64,000 nt of DNA. It comes from Candidatus Poriferihabitaceae bacterium (lineage in GTDB: Bacteria > Pseudomonadota > Gammaproteobacteria > Arenicellales > Poriferihabitantaceae). The notes under the pieces are model-generated. The model saw nothing but the letters and a program-made list of their open reading frames with translations, did not search any database and was not told the origin of the DNA. Below, in pieces: positions 29,407 through 39,648 of the stretch; the stretch's first letter is position 1, and every line of letters starts with the position of its first letter. Position numbers and translations under genes: made by a program. The stretch is from assembly GCA_965261915.1 (NCBI GenBank), contig CBDHDW010000013.1, positions 1,209,813 through 1,273,812 on the forward strand. Direction: 5' to 3'.

Positions 29407-32400
29407 TCATTTTGACGGTGTCTCATTGTTAACAATAAGGGCAAGCTCGGGCTCTTTGAATTTTTTCAACAGCGCTTGCAGGGTTGACTGATATTTCTCA
29501 ATATTTTGAGTTTTGATGTGACCAAATCCTTTGACTGCTTCTGGCAGGGCAGCGATCTCAACGGCGGTATCAAAATTCTTTTCTGTGAGCTTATCAGCAA
29601 TCATGTCAAGGTTGTTTTTATAGTCTGCGATCAATTGTCGCTCCTGTTGGCGTTCAGCGTTGCGGCCGAATGGGTCAAAAGCAGTGCCACGCAAGCCTTT
29701 TAATTTTCTGAGCAGTTTGAATAACATTATTGACAGTTCGGGAAAACGGCGCTTGACAGGTTGTCCACTATGGGGATCGGTTTTACACAAGCCCGGTGGT
29801 GCCATGTGAAAATGGAGTTTGAAATCACCCTGGTACTGATTTTTGAGAGATTGAACATAGTCAGTATCGCTAATCAGGCGAGCAATTTCATATTCATCTT
29901 TGTAACTCATTAGCTTGAAAAAGTTGCGAGCCACGGATTCGGTGAGTGAATTTTCGGGGTTGCTGTGAGAAAACGAAGCCTCTTCAATATTCCGAATACG
30001 ATTCACCAATGTACGATAGTGATCGGCATACGCTGTATTTTGGTATTGGCAAAGATACTGATATCGCCATTCAATAATTTCATCCAGATCTGTCAGCAAG
30101 TTCAGGGACTGTTGATCTGATCCCGCCAGATTTTCAACCGCCTGTGGATTGACGGCTGCTTTGCGGCCCCAGCTAAAAGCCGCCTGATTAAACTCAATTG
30201 CAACTCCATTCAACTTGATGGCTTTGAAAATAGCTTGTTCAGACAATGGAACCAGTCCGCTCTGGTATGCATACCCCAACAAAAACAGATTACTGCCGAT
30301 GGTATCTCCCAGTAAATCCCGAGCTATTCGGGTTGAATTGACGAATTGCGTGTTTTCCTTACCCGCTTCGGATTCGATCAGGGATTGTAATTCACGGCTT
30401 GGGAATTCATAGTTTGGGTCATGGATAAAATCTGCGGTGGCAGTCTCGAAACTATTGACGATCGCCTGCGATCGATCACTATCCAGATGAGAAAGTGAAT
30501 CGGCATTGGCAGAAACGACGAGATCACAACCGAGAAGTAAATCAGCGCTGCCATCGGGAACCCTGACTGCGAGTATTTCTGTTTGAGATTTTGCGATTCT
30601 TACGTGGCTAATTACTGAGCCAAACTTTTGTGCAAGTCCGGTTTGGTTCAAAGTTGAACAGCCCTTGCCTTCTATGTGTGCGGCCATGGCAATTACCGAG
30701 CTTACTGTCAGAACGCCAGTTCCACCGATCCCAGTGACCAGAATGTTCCATGGCCGATCAAGCCCCGGCGGCTTTGGTTCGGGGAGAACCATTTCAAGTG
30801 TATTCACTTTTGCTGGCTGGGAATGAACCAATTCTCCGCCGGTTACGGTGATGAAACTTGGGCAAAATCCCTGCAGGCAGCTAAAATCCTGATTGCAGGC
30901 ATTCTGATCAATCTGGCGTTTGCTCCCAAGTTCAGTGGCTTTGGGTAAAACCGAAAGGCAATTTGATTGCTTGCTACAATCTCCGCAGCCTTCACAAATA
31001 TCCGGATGGATGAAAGCGCGTGTAGTGCTGTCAGGCATTGACCCGCGCTTTCGGCGGCGGCGTTTTTCCGTTGCACAAGTTTGATCGAATACAATTACAC
31101 TGGTGCCCTTAACATGACGGATCCGGCTTTGTAATGCATCAAATTCTGACTTCGGATGAATGGCAATATCATTAAATCGGGCAAGTTGTATTTTCGACCT
31201 GTCAATATCTTCTGCAACGACCGCAATTTCGCGAACCCCCTCTCCGCGTAGCTGCGCAACGATATCGACTACAGACAGCGACCCGTCTACGGCTTGACCG
31301 CCCGTCATCGCGACAGCGTCGTTGTAGAGAATTTTGTAAGTTATATTGACACCGGAAGCGATGGCTGCACGAATCGCCAGAATACCGCTGTGGAAATAGG
31401 TGCCATCACCAATATTCTGAAATATATGTTCGGTCTCGGTAAATGGTGCCTGCCCGATCCATGAGGCACCTTCGGCACCCATTTGTGTGAATGTCTCGGT
31501 ATTTCGATCCATCCACTTCACCATATAGTGGCAGCCAATGCCCGCCAACCCGTGGCTGCCTTCCGGTACTTTTGTAGACGTGTTATGTGGGCAACCGGAA
31601 CAAAAGTAGGGGGTTCTGTCAAAAGTGGTAGCGAGTTTTGTCAGGCGTTTTTGTTTCTTGTCGAGATAGCGCATTCGTTCCCGAATCTGTTCGGAATCGA
31701 AAAACCCGAGCATTCGTCGTCCTATTGCCAGAGCAACTACAACCGGATTCAGTTCACCGAGATTGGTGATGAGGCTTCGGCCATGTTCATCAAATTCACC
31801 AACGATTACGGGTCGGTCGTTGTTTGGATTGTCATAGAGAATCGTCGTGAGTTGATCTTCAATGACACTGCGTTTCTCTTCAACGACGAGAATTTCTTGC
31901 AACCCCCCGGCAAACTGCCTGGTGGAAATGGGCTCCAGTGGCCAGCTCATGCCAATTTTAAATATTCGGATGCCAATGGTTTCGAGTATTGATGCTTCAA
32001 TACCCAGCATGTTTATTGCTTCCATGACATCCAGATAGGATTTTCCCGAAGTCACGATTCCAAATCTTGCGGATTGGCTATCCAGCTCAATGGTATTCAG
32101 ATTATTGGCATAGGCAAAAGCTCGAGCAGCGTATATTCGATATTCGTTTAATAACCTTTCCTGTTGCAGCGGACTGGTCGGCCATTGTGCATTGAGACCG
32201 CCTTCGGGCATGTTCACTGACTCCGGAATTGTGATTTGTACTCTGTCCGGATTAAGATCAGCTGACACCGCAGAATCCATGTTTTCAGTGATCGCCTTTA
32301 AGCCCACCCAACAACCGCTAAATCGTGACATAGCCCAGCCGTATAGCCCATAGTCGAGAACATCCTGAACATTTGCAGGGTTGAGTACGGGGATCTGAGC

Positions 32401-32913
32401 ACCAATCAGCATATGCTCGCTTTGCTGTGGAACGGTGGAAGATTTACAGGCATGATCATCGCCGGCGATGGCGAGCACACCGCCATGCTGAGTCGTACCG
32501 TATAGATTGGCATGTTTGATTGCATCCATACTTCGGTCTACTCCCGGACCCTTGCCGTACCACATGGAAAACACTCCGTCGTAGCGGGCTCCGGGTAAAA
32601 GGTGAACTTGCTGAGTCCCCCAAACCGCGGTTGCGGCAAGATCTTCATTAACGCCAGGCTGAAAATGAATGTTGTGCTGATCAAGCCAGGATTTCGCTTG
32701 CCACATGGATTGGTCGAGCGTTCCCAACGGTGAGCCTCTGTACCCGGAAACATAGCAGGCGGTGTTCAGACCTGCATCAAGGTCGCGCTGATGCTGAAGT
32801 ATGGGTAGGCGCACCAATGCTTCGATTCCACTCAAATAGGCACGCTTAGCGTTGAGGTCGTATTTGTCCTCCAGCGACACCTGCTCCATTTGTGGAATTT
32901 CTGAATTACTCAT
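29407..32913 (-). CDS. Indolepyruvate:ferredoxin oxidoreductase family protein (fused alpha/beta)
   Basis: SGYRGSPLG, WYGKGPGVDR, PYFCSGCPHNTST, GDGTYFHSG, CEGCGDC, GIGGTGV; ATG at 32913 preferred because the upstream ORF extension lies in repeats. Confidence 0.93.
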   Translation of the reverse strand: MSNSEIPQMEQVSLEDKYDLNAKRAYLSGIEALVRLPILQHQRDLDAGLNTACYVSGYRGSPLGTLDQSMWQAKSWLDQHNIHFQPGVNEDLAATAVWGTQQVHLLPGARYDGVFSMWYGKGPGVDRSMDAIKHANLYGTTQHGGVLAIAGDDHACKSSTVPQQSEHMLIGAQIPVLNPANVQDVLDYGLYGWAMSRFSGCWVGLKAITENMDSAVSADLNPDRVQITIPESVNMPEGGLNAQWPTSPLQQERLLNEYRIYAARAFAYANNLNTIELDSQSARFGIVTSGKSYLDVMEAINMLGIEASILETIGIRIFKIGMSWPLEPISTRQFAGGLQEILVVEEKRSVIEDQLTTILYDNPNNDRPVIVGEFDEHGRSLITNLGELNPVVVALAIGRRMLGFFDSEQIRERMRYLDKKQKRLTKLATTFDRTPYFCSGCPHNTSTKVPEGSHGLAGIGCHYMVKWMDRNTETFTQMGAEGASWIGQAPFTETEHIFQNIGDGTYFHSGILAIRAAIASGVNITYKILYNDAVAMTGGQAVDGSLSVVDIVAQLRGEGVREIAVVAEDIDRSKIQLARFNDIAIHPKSEFDALQSRIRHVKGTSVIVFDQTCATEKRRRRKRGSMPDSTTRAFIHPDICEGCGDCSKQSNCLSVLPKATELGSKRQIDQNACNQDFSCLQGFCPSFITVTGGELVHSQPAKVNTLEMVLPEPKPPGLDRPWNILVTGIGGTGVLTVSSVIAMAAHIEGKGCSTLNQTGLAQKFGSVISHVRIAKSQTEILAVRVPDGSADLLLGCDLVVSANADSLSHLDSDRSQAIVNSFETATADFIHDPNYEFPSRELQSLIESEAGKENTQFVNSTRIARDLLGDTIGSNLFLLGYAYQSGLVPLSEQAIFKAIKLNGVAIEFNQAAFSWGRKAAVNPQAVENLAGSDQQSLNLLTDLDEIIEWRYQYLCQYQNTAYADHYRTLVNRIRNIEEASFSHSNPENSLTESVARNFFKLMSYKDEYEIARLISDTDYVQSLKNQYQGDFKLHFHMAPPGLCKTDPHSGQPVKRRFPELSIMLFKLLRKLKGLRGTAFDPFGRNAERQQERQLIADYKNNLDMIADKLTEKNFDTAVEIAALPEAVKGFGHIKTQNIEKYQSTLQALLKKFKEPELALIVNNETPSK

Positions 32914-32961
32914 AATGTTTCTGATGTAACACGATTTGGCATGAGATTCCAGCGCAGTCTC

Positions 32962-32985
32962 GTAGGGGCGAATAATCAGTCGCCC
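32962..32985 (+). repeat. GTAG-type REP-like palindrome (single copy in the window)
   Basis: GTAG-GGGCGA-ATAATCAG-TCGCCC. Confidence 0.5.
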
Positions 32986-33023
32986 GAAAAAACCACCAAC
33001 CCGCGCCGTCATTCCGCGCGCAA

Positions 33024-33146
33024 GAGACCGTGAAAGAAACCCGTATCCGTCTTTCCTGCACCCCCTTCGTCATTCCTGCGCCTCCTCCGTCATTCCTGCG
33101 CAGGCAGGAACCCAGTAAAACCACCAAACCCGCGACGATTTTCCAC
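33024..33146. mobile_element. MITE copy B (diverged, one end lost)
   Basis: Starts GAGACCGTGAAA; 2 x 20-bp units plus TTCCTGC-GCAG-GCAGGAA-CCCAGTAAAACCACCAAACCCGC; similarity to copies A and C ends at TTTTCCAC. Confidence 0.75.
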
Positions 33147-33257
33147 TTAGGCGCTTAACCGAGTACAATATATAAAGTCTTCACCAAACATTAGCTAAAA
33201 TGATACAGATGCTGAAACACCACTCTTGACAATAACTCCTTTCCTTGCGGCTGATTA

Positions 33258-33380
33258 GAGAGCTTTGCATAAATTCAGATGTAAAGTTATCAGTAACTTG
33301 TTGGCGCAGGCAGTAATGGCCCCTTTTGATTTTTTCAGGAGGGCTATGACAGCCGGTTTTGCTCCTGCAAAACCGGCATA
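33258..33380. repeat. Hairpin-rich non-coding segment, possible second MITE/REP type
   Basis: IS5-like terminus GAGAGCTTTGCATAAAT at 33258; perfect 11-bp stem GCCGGTTTTGC-TCCT-GCAAAACCGGC at 33352-33377. Confidence 0.4.
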
Positions 33381-33528
33381 CGACCGCTACATCGTGCGCT
33401 ATTACACAGTCAGGAAGAGCTTAAACTCATTCTCAGTCTGCACCATTTCGCAACACCGAATATCAGTTGACCGGCTGTGCTAAGGGTTGTCGGTTGCGTG
33501 GGGCGATCATTCACTCGTTATTCAGACC

Positions 33529-34215
33529 TTAAATTAACAACATTTCTTCCTCCAGGTATCGCCTGGAGACCTGCGAAAATCCTGTCAACCTCCCATCTGC
33601 GTTCGCTGCGTTGAGAGCATCAATCTCATCCTGGATTTCATCTGTAGTTACCGGTGTAGTTGCCGGATCGTCAGAAAAAAACGTGCGCGCAATATATTGA
33701 ATAATTTGCTTCCGGGCATATTTCAGTGCCAGATTATTCAGGTTGAGCATCTTTATCATATTCATAGCAGCAGTATCGCATAGGTTTTGTGGCTCAATTT
33801 TGCCCGCACCCGTATATATAAAACGACACTCACAACATGGATCGATCGGGGTGATGTAGTCTGAACGGTTAGACCAATTCCCTTTAGCCCTTCCGCAAGT
33901 AATAGGTAAGCCTGAATCTCGTCCGCAACTCATAAACAAATTGCTGTAGCAAACCCGACGATCTTCGTGAGTCTTTCCATTAAAGATACTTTGTGGCCAA
34001 AAGTGGTCAATGTGGCTATCTGAAAAATCGGATGCTAATGATCGACCGCAGTAAACGCAAAGGCATCCCTGTTCCTTCATAAGTGACTGGCGAACTTCCT
34101 CTTTTTCAGGGTTTTGTAAATCACTGTAAGGCGGCAAATGCTCACGAGTTTTTTGCTCCCCTTTTACCCAATCAATGAATATTTTTGGAGCAGCGCCCTT
34201 ATTCGAGCATTTCAC
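33529..34215 (-). CDS. HNH endonuclease, Septu PtuB / retron-associated (TIGR02646-like)
   Basis: LMKEQGCLCVYCG, SHIDHFWPQS, YSNLFMSC, CGRAKG, MLNLNN..L..AR; 4-bp overlap with the ATPase stop. Confidence 0.85.
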   Translation of the reverse strand: MKCSNKGAAPKIFIDWVKGEQKTREHLPPYSDLQNPEKEEVRQSLMKEQGCLCVYCGRSLASDFSDSHIDHFWPQSIFNGKTHEDRRVCYSNLFMSCGRDSGLPITCGRAKGNWSNRSDYITPIDPCCECRFIYTGAGKIEPQNLCDTAAMNMIKMLNLNNLALKYARKQIIQYIARTFFSDDPATTPVTTDEIQDEIDALNAANADGRLTGFSQVSRRYLEEEMLLI

Positions 34216-35177
34216 TTTGAAGATGCCCTTTCTCTGCGGCGCAGGCGCTGCTCGGCGATTTCCAAATCAACTGGCCGCCCCTCAATTTGCGATTGGAGTT
34301 GTTGGATTTTTTCTCGGGCTTCTTTAAGATGACCAGCACTAATCAGCCCCTCAAGCTCCTCAAACTCGGCTTTTATCTTTTCGTCCTTTTCCGTCGCCCC
34401 CAATATTCCAATCAAAATCTCGTTGCTATCCCGACCATGGGATGGCGGGCTTTCAAGAAGTTCGATGCCGCTTTCATTATTCTTCGAAAGAATACGGATT
34501 TGTTTGCCCTGCACTTCACCAAGAACCTGCGGGGAGTGCGTGGTAATGATGAATTGGCATCTTTTGAAAATATCGGTCAGCGTGGAAATAATTCGGCGTT
34601 GCCAGTCAGGATGCAAATTCAGTTCAATCTCGTCAATCAATACAATGCCCGGTATATCCTCAAGTTTTTCATCTGGTTTGATTACTTTCAGGCGACGCGC
34701 CAGATCAGCCAGTAAAATCAAATAAACCCGTTCGCCACTGGACAATTGATTAACGTGAATGTCAAGTCCACCGGTTTTGCGCAGATAAAGCCCAGGTTGC
34801 TCAGATTTAGATTTGAACATGATATCTTCAAATTCATCCATCTCAGCAATCAGTTGGCGTATTGCGTGCAATTGTGGATCCTTGTATCCGGGCTCTTCAT
34901 CACGATGACGCCGTGCCTCAGCCGCATCCAGCATATCCCACCATTTACTCAGGTTTTGTATTGCGTTCAATGTTTCGGAAAGAGATTCCTTGCGGACATG
35001 GTCCTCGGAAATAACATCTTCGGAATGATTATGCCCATTCGACATAAACCCTCTGCTCTGCCGGTAGTAAACAAACAGGGGTTCTGCACTCTGGACGGGA
35101 TTATTGCGCGCCAAATTATATAATTCGTGTATGGACTGGGCTGTACTATCGAGGTGATTGGAAATTTCTATTATATC
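34212..35177 (-). pseudogene. AAA/ABC-type ATPase (Septu PtuA-like), C-terminal part split off by IS66
   Basis: QLSSGE, LADLARRL, GIVLIDEIELNLHPDWQ, QFIITTHSPQVL; in frame with 38392-38726 once the IS66 and one TSD copy are removed (430 aa). Confidence 0.88.
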
Positions 35178-35210
35178 GTAACTGCCCAGGTACCCTAAGG
35201 AATAATTCTC

Positions 35211-36872
35211 CCCAAATCCCCAGATAGAGTAGCATCAGCGCTTCAGGGCTCGGTGAATCCCTCTTTCAAGCCTTGTGGCTGGCCATTACAGCAAATTATG
35301 GTGGCTAGTGCCGAGAGGTTTACTCAAAAACCGCTGTTCGGTGCATTATCAGTGCTAAATCGGCTATTTTTGACGCACCTGTCCTGCAGAAGCCGTTATT
35401 CTTGTTCTATGTCGGGTTAAATGGGCGGCGCTTCAAACTCCTTCAGTGCCAGCAGCACTCGTTCCAGTAGTAGTCGGTGGTTTTCCCGCATTTTTACCAA
35501 GAGTTGACGTCCCGTTCTAACCACTTTTGCCGCGATGGCGTACAGCCGCCAGCGCAGTGTTATCGCACGATGCTGGGACAACTCCCCCGGCAGCAACTGA
35601 CGCATGAGGGCACATAGATTGTAGGAGAGTGCGGAGATTAAAAAGTACAGCACATTGGCAGCAAAATCTGAACACGGCAGGGTGTCGCCACCAAAATCTC
35701 GTTTCAGTTCCTTGATTCGGTTCTCGCTGTCCTCGCCACGCTGGTTGTACCAGTGGACAATCTCGCTATCGCTAAGGCTATCCCGATTAGTGGCAATCGC
35801 ACGATAAATATAAGCACCTGAGTTTATTTCCTCTGAACTGTTTTCTGAGCTATCTTCTGAATTATCTGATGAATCTAAATCCAGACTCGCCTGGCCGGTA
35901 ACGGCTGTTCTCTGAATGATAAGGGTGAAGGGTTTTTCATACTCACCGATGCAGAAACTGGTGCGGTAGGTATCCTGACCATTGACCGCTTTGCCTTTTT
36001 TATCCAGCAAAGGCGGCCAGTCCGAAGCGCTTGCCGCTGCTATCTGCGCGCGCAGTGCGGCGCTGGTCTTGGCGCGAATGGCATACTCGATACCCGGCTT
36101 ATCACAATACTCAATGACTTTTGTTTGGTAGCCGGCGGCATCAATACGCAACGCCTTCACGGTACAGTCTTCCGGGAGCGACTGCTGGCATTGCTGGATA
36201 AACGGCTTATTATCTTTCGCTGGCGGCACATTGCCTTGACGGAAATCCACGGCCACGATCTGCCCGGTTTCCGCAATATGCCCGACCATCGGCATAAAGC
36301 CCTTGTTCTTGTTGTAAGTCCACCGTGCACCCGCTTTATGGGCAACAATTTCAGTGGCATCAATGTCCAGTGTGACTTCCTTACAGCGATGCAAGGCTAC
36401 CTTCAATAAGGCTTTATTCACCTTTACCCAGGCAGCCTGGATTTGCGGCTGGCTTCCCATTCGCCTGAGCCAATCTCCAATCGTGGTCGCCTGGGGAAGT
36501 TTCTTGAGATCCAGCACGGTGCGCAGTGCTTCATCATCCTGAAGGTGGCGAACCTCATCCAGGTGAAAACTGCCTTCATGCTGCATCAGTATGAGGGGCT
36601 TGATGAACTCCGAGGGCTTATACCCACGATTGCTTTTAGGCTGGGGGAAGTGCTTGTCGATTCGCTCAGACAGGTTCAGGGAGTCCATTAGTTGAGCAAT
36701 CGCCAATAAACCGGCACGAGAGGTGAGTAAATCGTTCGTTGTATCGAGTTTGTAGGGTAGAATAGTCATCAGCCTTGAGCTGTGCACCCATTGGGTGATG
36801 GTGGGTTTGAGAGCAAACCATTATACAGCCAAGGCTTCCTGCGTTTAAGAGATTTCTATCTGGGGATTGGGG
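35211..36872 (-). mobile_element. IS1380-family element copy 2 (1662 bp)
   Basis: Same IRs as copy 1; 5-bp TSD TTCTC at 35206-35210 and 36873-36877. Confidence 0.93.
35417..36787 (-). CDS. IS1380-family transposase (4-aa insertion relative to the other copies)
   Basis: Near-identical to 8600..9958, with an extra EDSS. Confidence 0.92.
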   Translation of the reverse strand: MHSSRLMTILPYKLDTTNDLLTSRAGLLAIAQLMDSLNLSERIDKHFPQPKSNRGYKPSEFIKPLILMQHEGSFHLDEVRHLQDDEALRTVLDLKKLPQATTIGDWLRRMGSQPQIQAAWVKVNKALLKVALHRCKEVTLDIDATEIVAHKAGARWTYNKNKGFMPMVGHIAETGQIVAVDFRQGNVPPAKDNKPFIQQCQQSLPEDCTVKALRIDAAGYQTKVIEYCDKPGIEYAIRAKTSAALRAQIAAASASDWPPLLDKKGKAVNGQDTYRTSFCIGEYEKPFTLIIQRTAVTGQASLDLDSSDNSEDSSENSSEEINSGAYIYRAIATNRDSLSDSEIVHWYNQRGEDSENRIKELKRDFGGDTLPCSDFAANVLYFLISALSYNLCALMRQLLPGELSQHRAITLRWRLYAIAAKVVRTGRQLLVKMRENHRLLLERVLLALKEFEAPPI

Positions 36873-36926
36873 TTCTCTTGGAATAATTCTCTTGCCTGAG
36901 GAATCCCGATGTGATTCATTAAGATT

Positions 36927-38372
36927 ATGATTTTTCCAGACGCCCCCAAAGGTTATGTTTCCGTTGAGGCTTATGAAGAGCTGAAGCAGAAGAATGCCCG
37001 GCTTGAACAAACGATAGCCCTGCTTGTGGCTCGCATTGAAGACCTTGAGCGTCGCCTCAGCTTGAACAGCAGCAACAGTAGCAAGCCGCCTTCAAGCGAC
37101 GGCCTAAAGAAGCCCAAGGCTGAACCCAGAACCAAAAGCCTGCGGAGAAAATCCGGTAAAAAGTCAGGCGGGCAGAAAGGCCACAAGGGAAGCACCCTGT
37201 GCCAAACGGCAGATCCCGATCATGTTGAAGATCACTTTCCTTCTGTCTGCGGGCAATGTGGCACACCGCTGTCGCCATCAATGGCAGAGGATTACGCCGC
37301 ACGACAGGTGTTTGACCTGCCCGAGCCACAACCCCTGATGACAACGGAACACAGGGCACATGTCTGCCTTTGCGGCCACTGTGGGGAAACAACCAAGGCG
37401 GCGTTTCCTCTGGAAGTAAAGGCACCCGTGCAGTACGGGCCACGCATCGCCGGAGTGGCAACATATCTCCAATGCGCCCATTTCCTGCCGGAAGACAGAC
37501 TGGCGCAAATAATGGCCGATTTGTTCAATGCCCCTTTGGTTCCTGCCACTGTGGCCGCCATGAACCGCAAAGCATCAGAGCGGCTCAAGGGGGTTGCTTC
37601 TCACCTGCAGGATGTGATCGCCCAACAGGTCCACGTCAAACATCTTGACGAGACGGGTTTCCGGATTACGGGGTGCCTGCAATGGCTTCACGTTGCCTGT
37701 ACACCGCTTCTGGCTTTCTACCGGGTCAGCAGCAAACGCGGTAATCTGTTATCCAATCTCACGGGCTGTATCGTGCATGATCATTGGCAGCCCTACTTCA
37801 CGCTGGATGGTGTTACCCATGCGTTGTGCAATGCACACCATTTACGGGAACTGCAAGCGTTGGTCGAAATAGAACAGGAAGATTGGGCTGGTCAGATGCA
37901 AAGGCTACTGCGGCGTGCGCACCATGTCACACAGGCCGCGCGGGATAAGGGCGTGGCGGTTTCAACACCGCTTGTTGCGCTTATTAATCGGCGATACGAC
38001 AGGATCATCACCGCTGCATTGGGTTTCCATGAGGAATTGCCTCCACTCGTGCCGCCAAAACCCGGAAGACGGGGGCGCAAGAAGCGACGGACAGGACATA
38101 ATCTGGCTTTACGATTGCGCGATCACAAGGAAGGCACCCTGCGCTTTCTGACAGATCCCGACGTGCCCTTCACAAACAACGAAGCTGAACGCGACCTGCG
38201 GATGATGAAACTACGTCAGAAAATATCGGGCGGGTTCAGGTCTGAACAAGGGGCAGAGGATTTTGCCACCCTGCGCAGCGTCATCACAACGGCGAGAAAA
38301 CAAGGATGGAACATCATCGAAACACTGATGATGCCTGCCGATCAGATTATTGCAACACTGAAATACGCTTAA
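36927..38372 (+). CDS. IS66 transposase TnpC
   Basis: Near-identical to 10272..11708, with an extra RLE. Confidence 0.95.
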   Translation: MIFPDAPKGYVSVEAYEELKQKNARLEQTIALLVARIEDLERRLSLNSSNSSKPPSSDGLKKPKAEPRTKSLRRKSGKKSGGQKGHKGSTLCQTADPDHVEDHFPSVCGQCGTPLSPSMAEDYAARQVFDLPEPQPLMTTEHRAHVCLCGHCGETTKAAFPLEVKAPVQYGPRIAGVATYLQCAHFLPEDRLAQIMADLFNAPLVPATVAAMNRKASERLKGVASHLQDVIAQQVHVKHLDETGFRITGCLQWLHVACTPLLAFYRVSSKRGNLLSNLTGCIVHDHWQPYFTLDGVTHALCNAHHLRELQALVEIEQEDWAGQMQRLLRRAHHVTQAARDKGVAVSTPLVALINRRYDRIITAALGFHEELPPLVPPKPGRRGRKKRRTGHNLALRLRDHKEGTLRFLTDPDVPFTNNEAERDLRMMKLRQKISGGFRSEQGAEDFATLRSVITTARKQGWNIIETLMMPADQIIATLKYA

Positions 38373-38391
38373 AAACAACCTGGGCAGTTAC

Positions 38392-38726
38392 ATTATATCT
38401 TTGCTCACTTCGCAGGAGATACCAGATAGCGATACGGATGGTTTAAGCGAAAAATCTGCATGGGAATGGGCAACATCCGAAGCACTTACTGCAGGATAAT
38501 GATACACACCGGGTTGGGTGGGCCATAAACCTCGCAGGCCAACCAGACAATAGGCGATTGCATCAAGAATGGAGGTTTTGCCAATGCCGTTGTTACCAAC
38601 AATCACCGTCAACGGATCATCTATGGGCAATTCAAGTTTCAAAATACCTCGAAAATGTTCGATTTTTATAGATTCAAGTTTCAAAATACCTCGAAAATGT
38701 TCGATTTTTATAGATTCAAGTTTCAT
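38392..38726 (-). pseudogene. PtuA-like ATPase, N-terminal part
   Basis: IEHFRGI...TVIVGNNGIGKTSILDAI (Walker A); cut by IS66; contains a 42-bp tandem duplication. Confidence 0.88.
38630..38725. repeat. 42-bp exact tandem duplication (KLESIKIEHFRGIL x2)
   Basis: ATTCAAGTTTCAAAATACCTCGAAAATGTTCGATTTTTATAG x2 plus a 12-bp partial ATTCAAGTTTCA. Confidence 0.9.
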
Positions 38727-38827
38727 AACAAATCCTGTCTTTATATTAGGCTATCCATGATCCGAATAGAGCTGTCCCTGCTGAACGCCTGCGCGTTCGG
38801 CTTGCTGTTTGGGCGGGTTCAATGCCT

Positions 38828-39648
38828 TTAACCCGAGGGCAAATGCGGCAAACCAAGCTCCGCCAGAAAATCATTGTGCCTGTCGGCGGCCTGGGCAATG
38901 GTTTTTTCCAGTGTAACCATTTCCTCGTGATTAGTCGGCAGGTCGATCTGCTGTTCCGGCTCGGCGGTGCTGATATAGCGGGATATATTCAGGTTGTAAT
39001 CGTTCTTTTCGATTTCCGCCATGCTCACGCGGCGGGCGTAGCGGTCTGATTCCTTGCGGTATTGATAAGTGTCAATAATTTTTTCGATATGCTCGGGCAA
39101 GCCAATCACGGTATCGATATTGTCATCTTTGAGTAGCTTGGTACGGATACGCGCCTCGGCGCCGCCACGAAACAACACCCCGTGCGGCAGGATGATAGCC
39201 ATGGTGCCTGCATCGCTCAAAAAATGAAAGCCGTGCAGTAAAAAGGAAAAATCGGCGGCGGATTTGGGGGCGAGACCGTAGCTTTTGAAGCGAAAATCCT
39301 CGCCCAGCGCATCGGTGGGTTGCCAGCGATAGCTGAAGGGCGGATTAGCCACCACTGCGTCAAAGGTGATTTTTTTGGACGGGTTTTCCGCCGCCAGTAT
39401 ATCCCAATCGTTGAGCAGCGAGTCGCCGTGGTGAATCTCAAACTCCGAATCCTTGACTCCGTGCAATAGCATATTCATACGCGCCAGATTGTAGGTGGTG
39501 ATGTTCTTTTCCTGTCCAAATATCTTGTCGATGCCATGCGCGCCCAGTTGTTTGCGGACATTGAGCAGCAGCGAGCCGGAACCACAGGCGAAATCCAGCA
39601 CTCGGCTGAGCTTTGCTTTCTTGCCCGTGCTGGGGTCTTGCCCGTCTA
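38828..39648 (-). pseudogene. hsdM: Type I restriction-modification methyltransferase HsdM, N-terminally truncated and internally deleted
   Basis: DFACGSGSLL, YNLARMNM, VANPPFS, ILPHGVLFRG, YNLNISRYI. The ORF-track N-terminus is IS630 sequence. GLP|EHIEKI lacks the usual NLF..T.IP segment. Confidence 0.88.

Larger units (their letters stand above)
35178..38391 (+). mobile_element. IS66-family element copy 2 with IS1380 nested in its left end
   Basis: Same IRs as copy 1; 8-bp TSD ATTATATC at 35170-35177 and 38392-38399. Confidence 0.93.

Noticed and set aside
33150-39648. Complete retron (Ec78/Ec83 type)
   Set aside because: No reverse transcriptase ORF (no YADD-type motif) is in the window, and the structured segment is downstream of the effectors rather than upstream of an RT.
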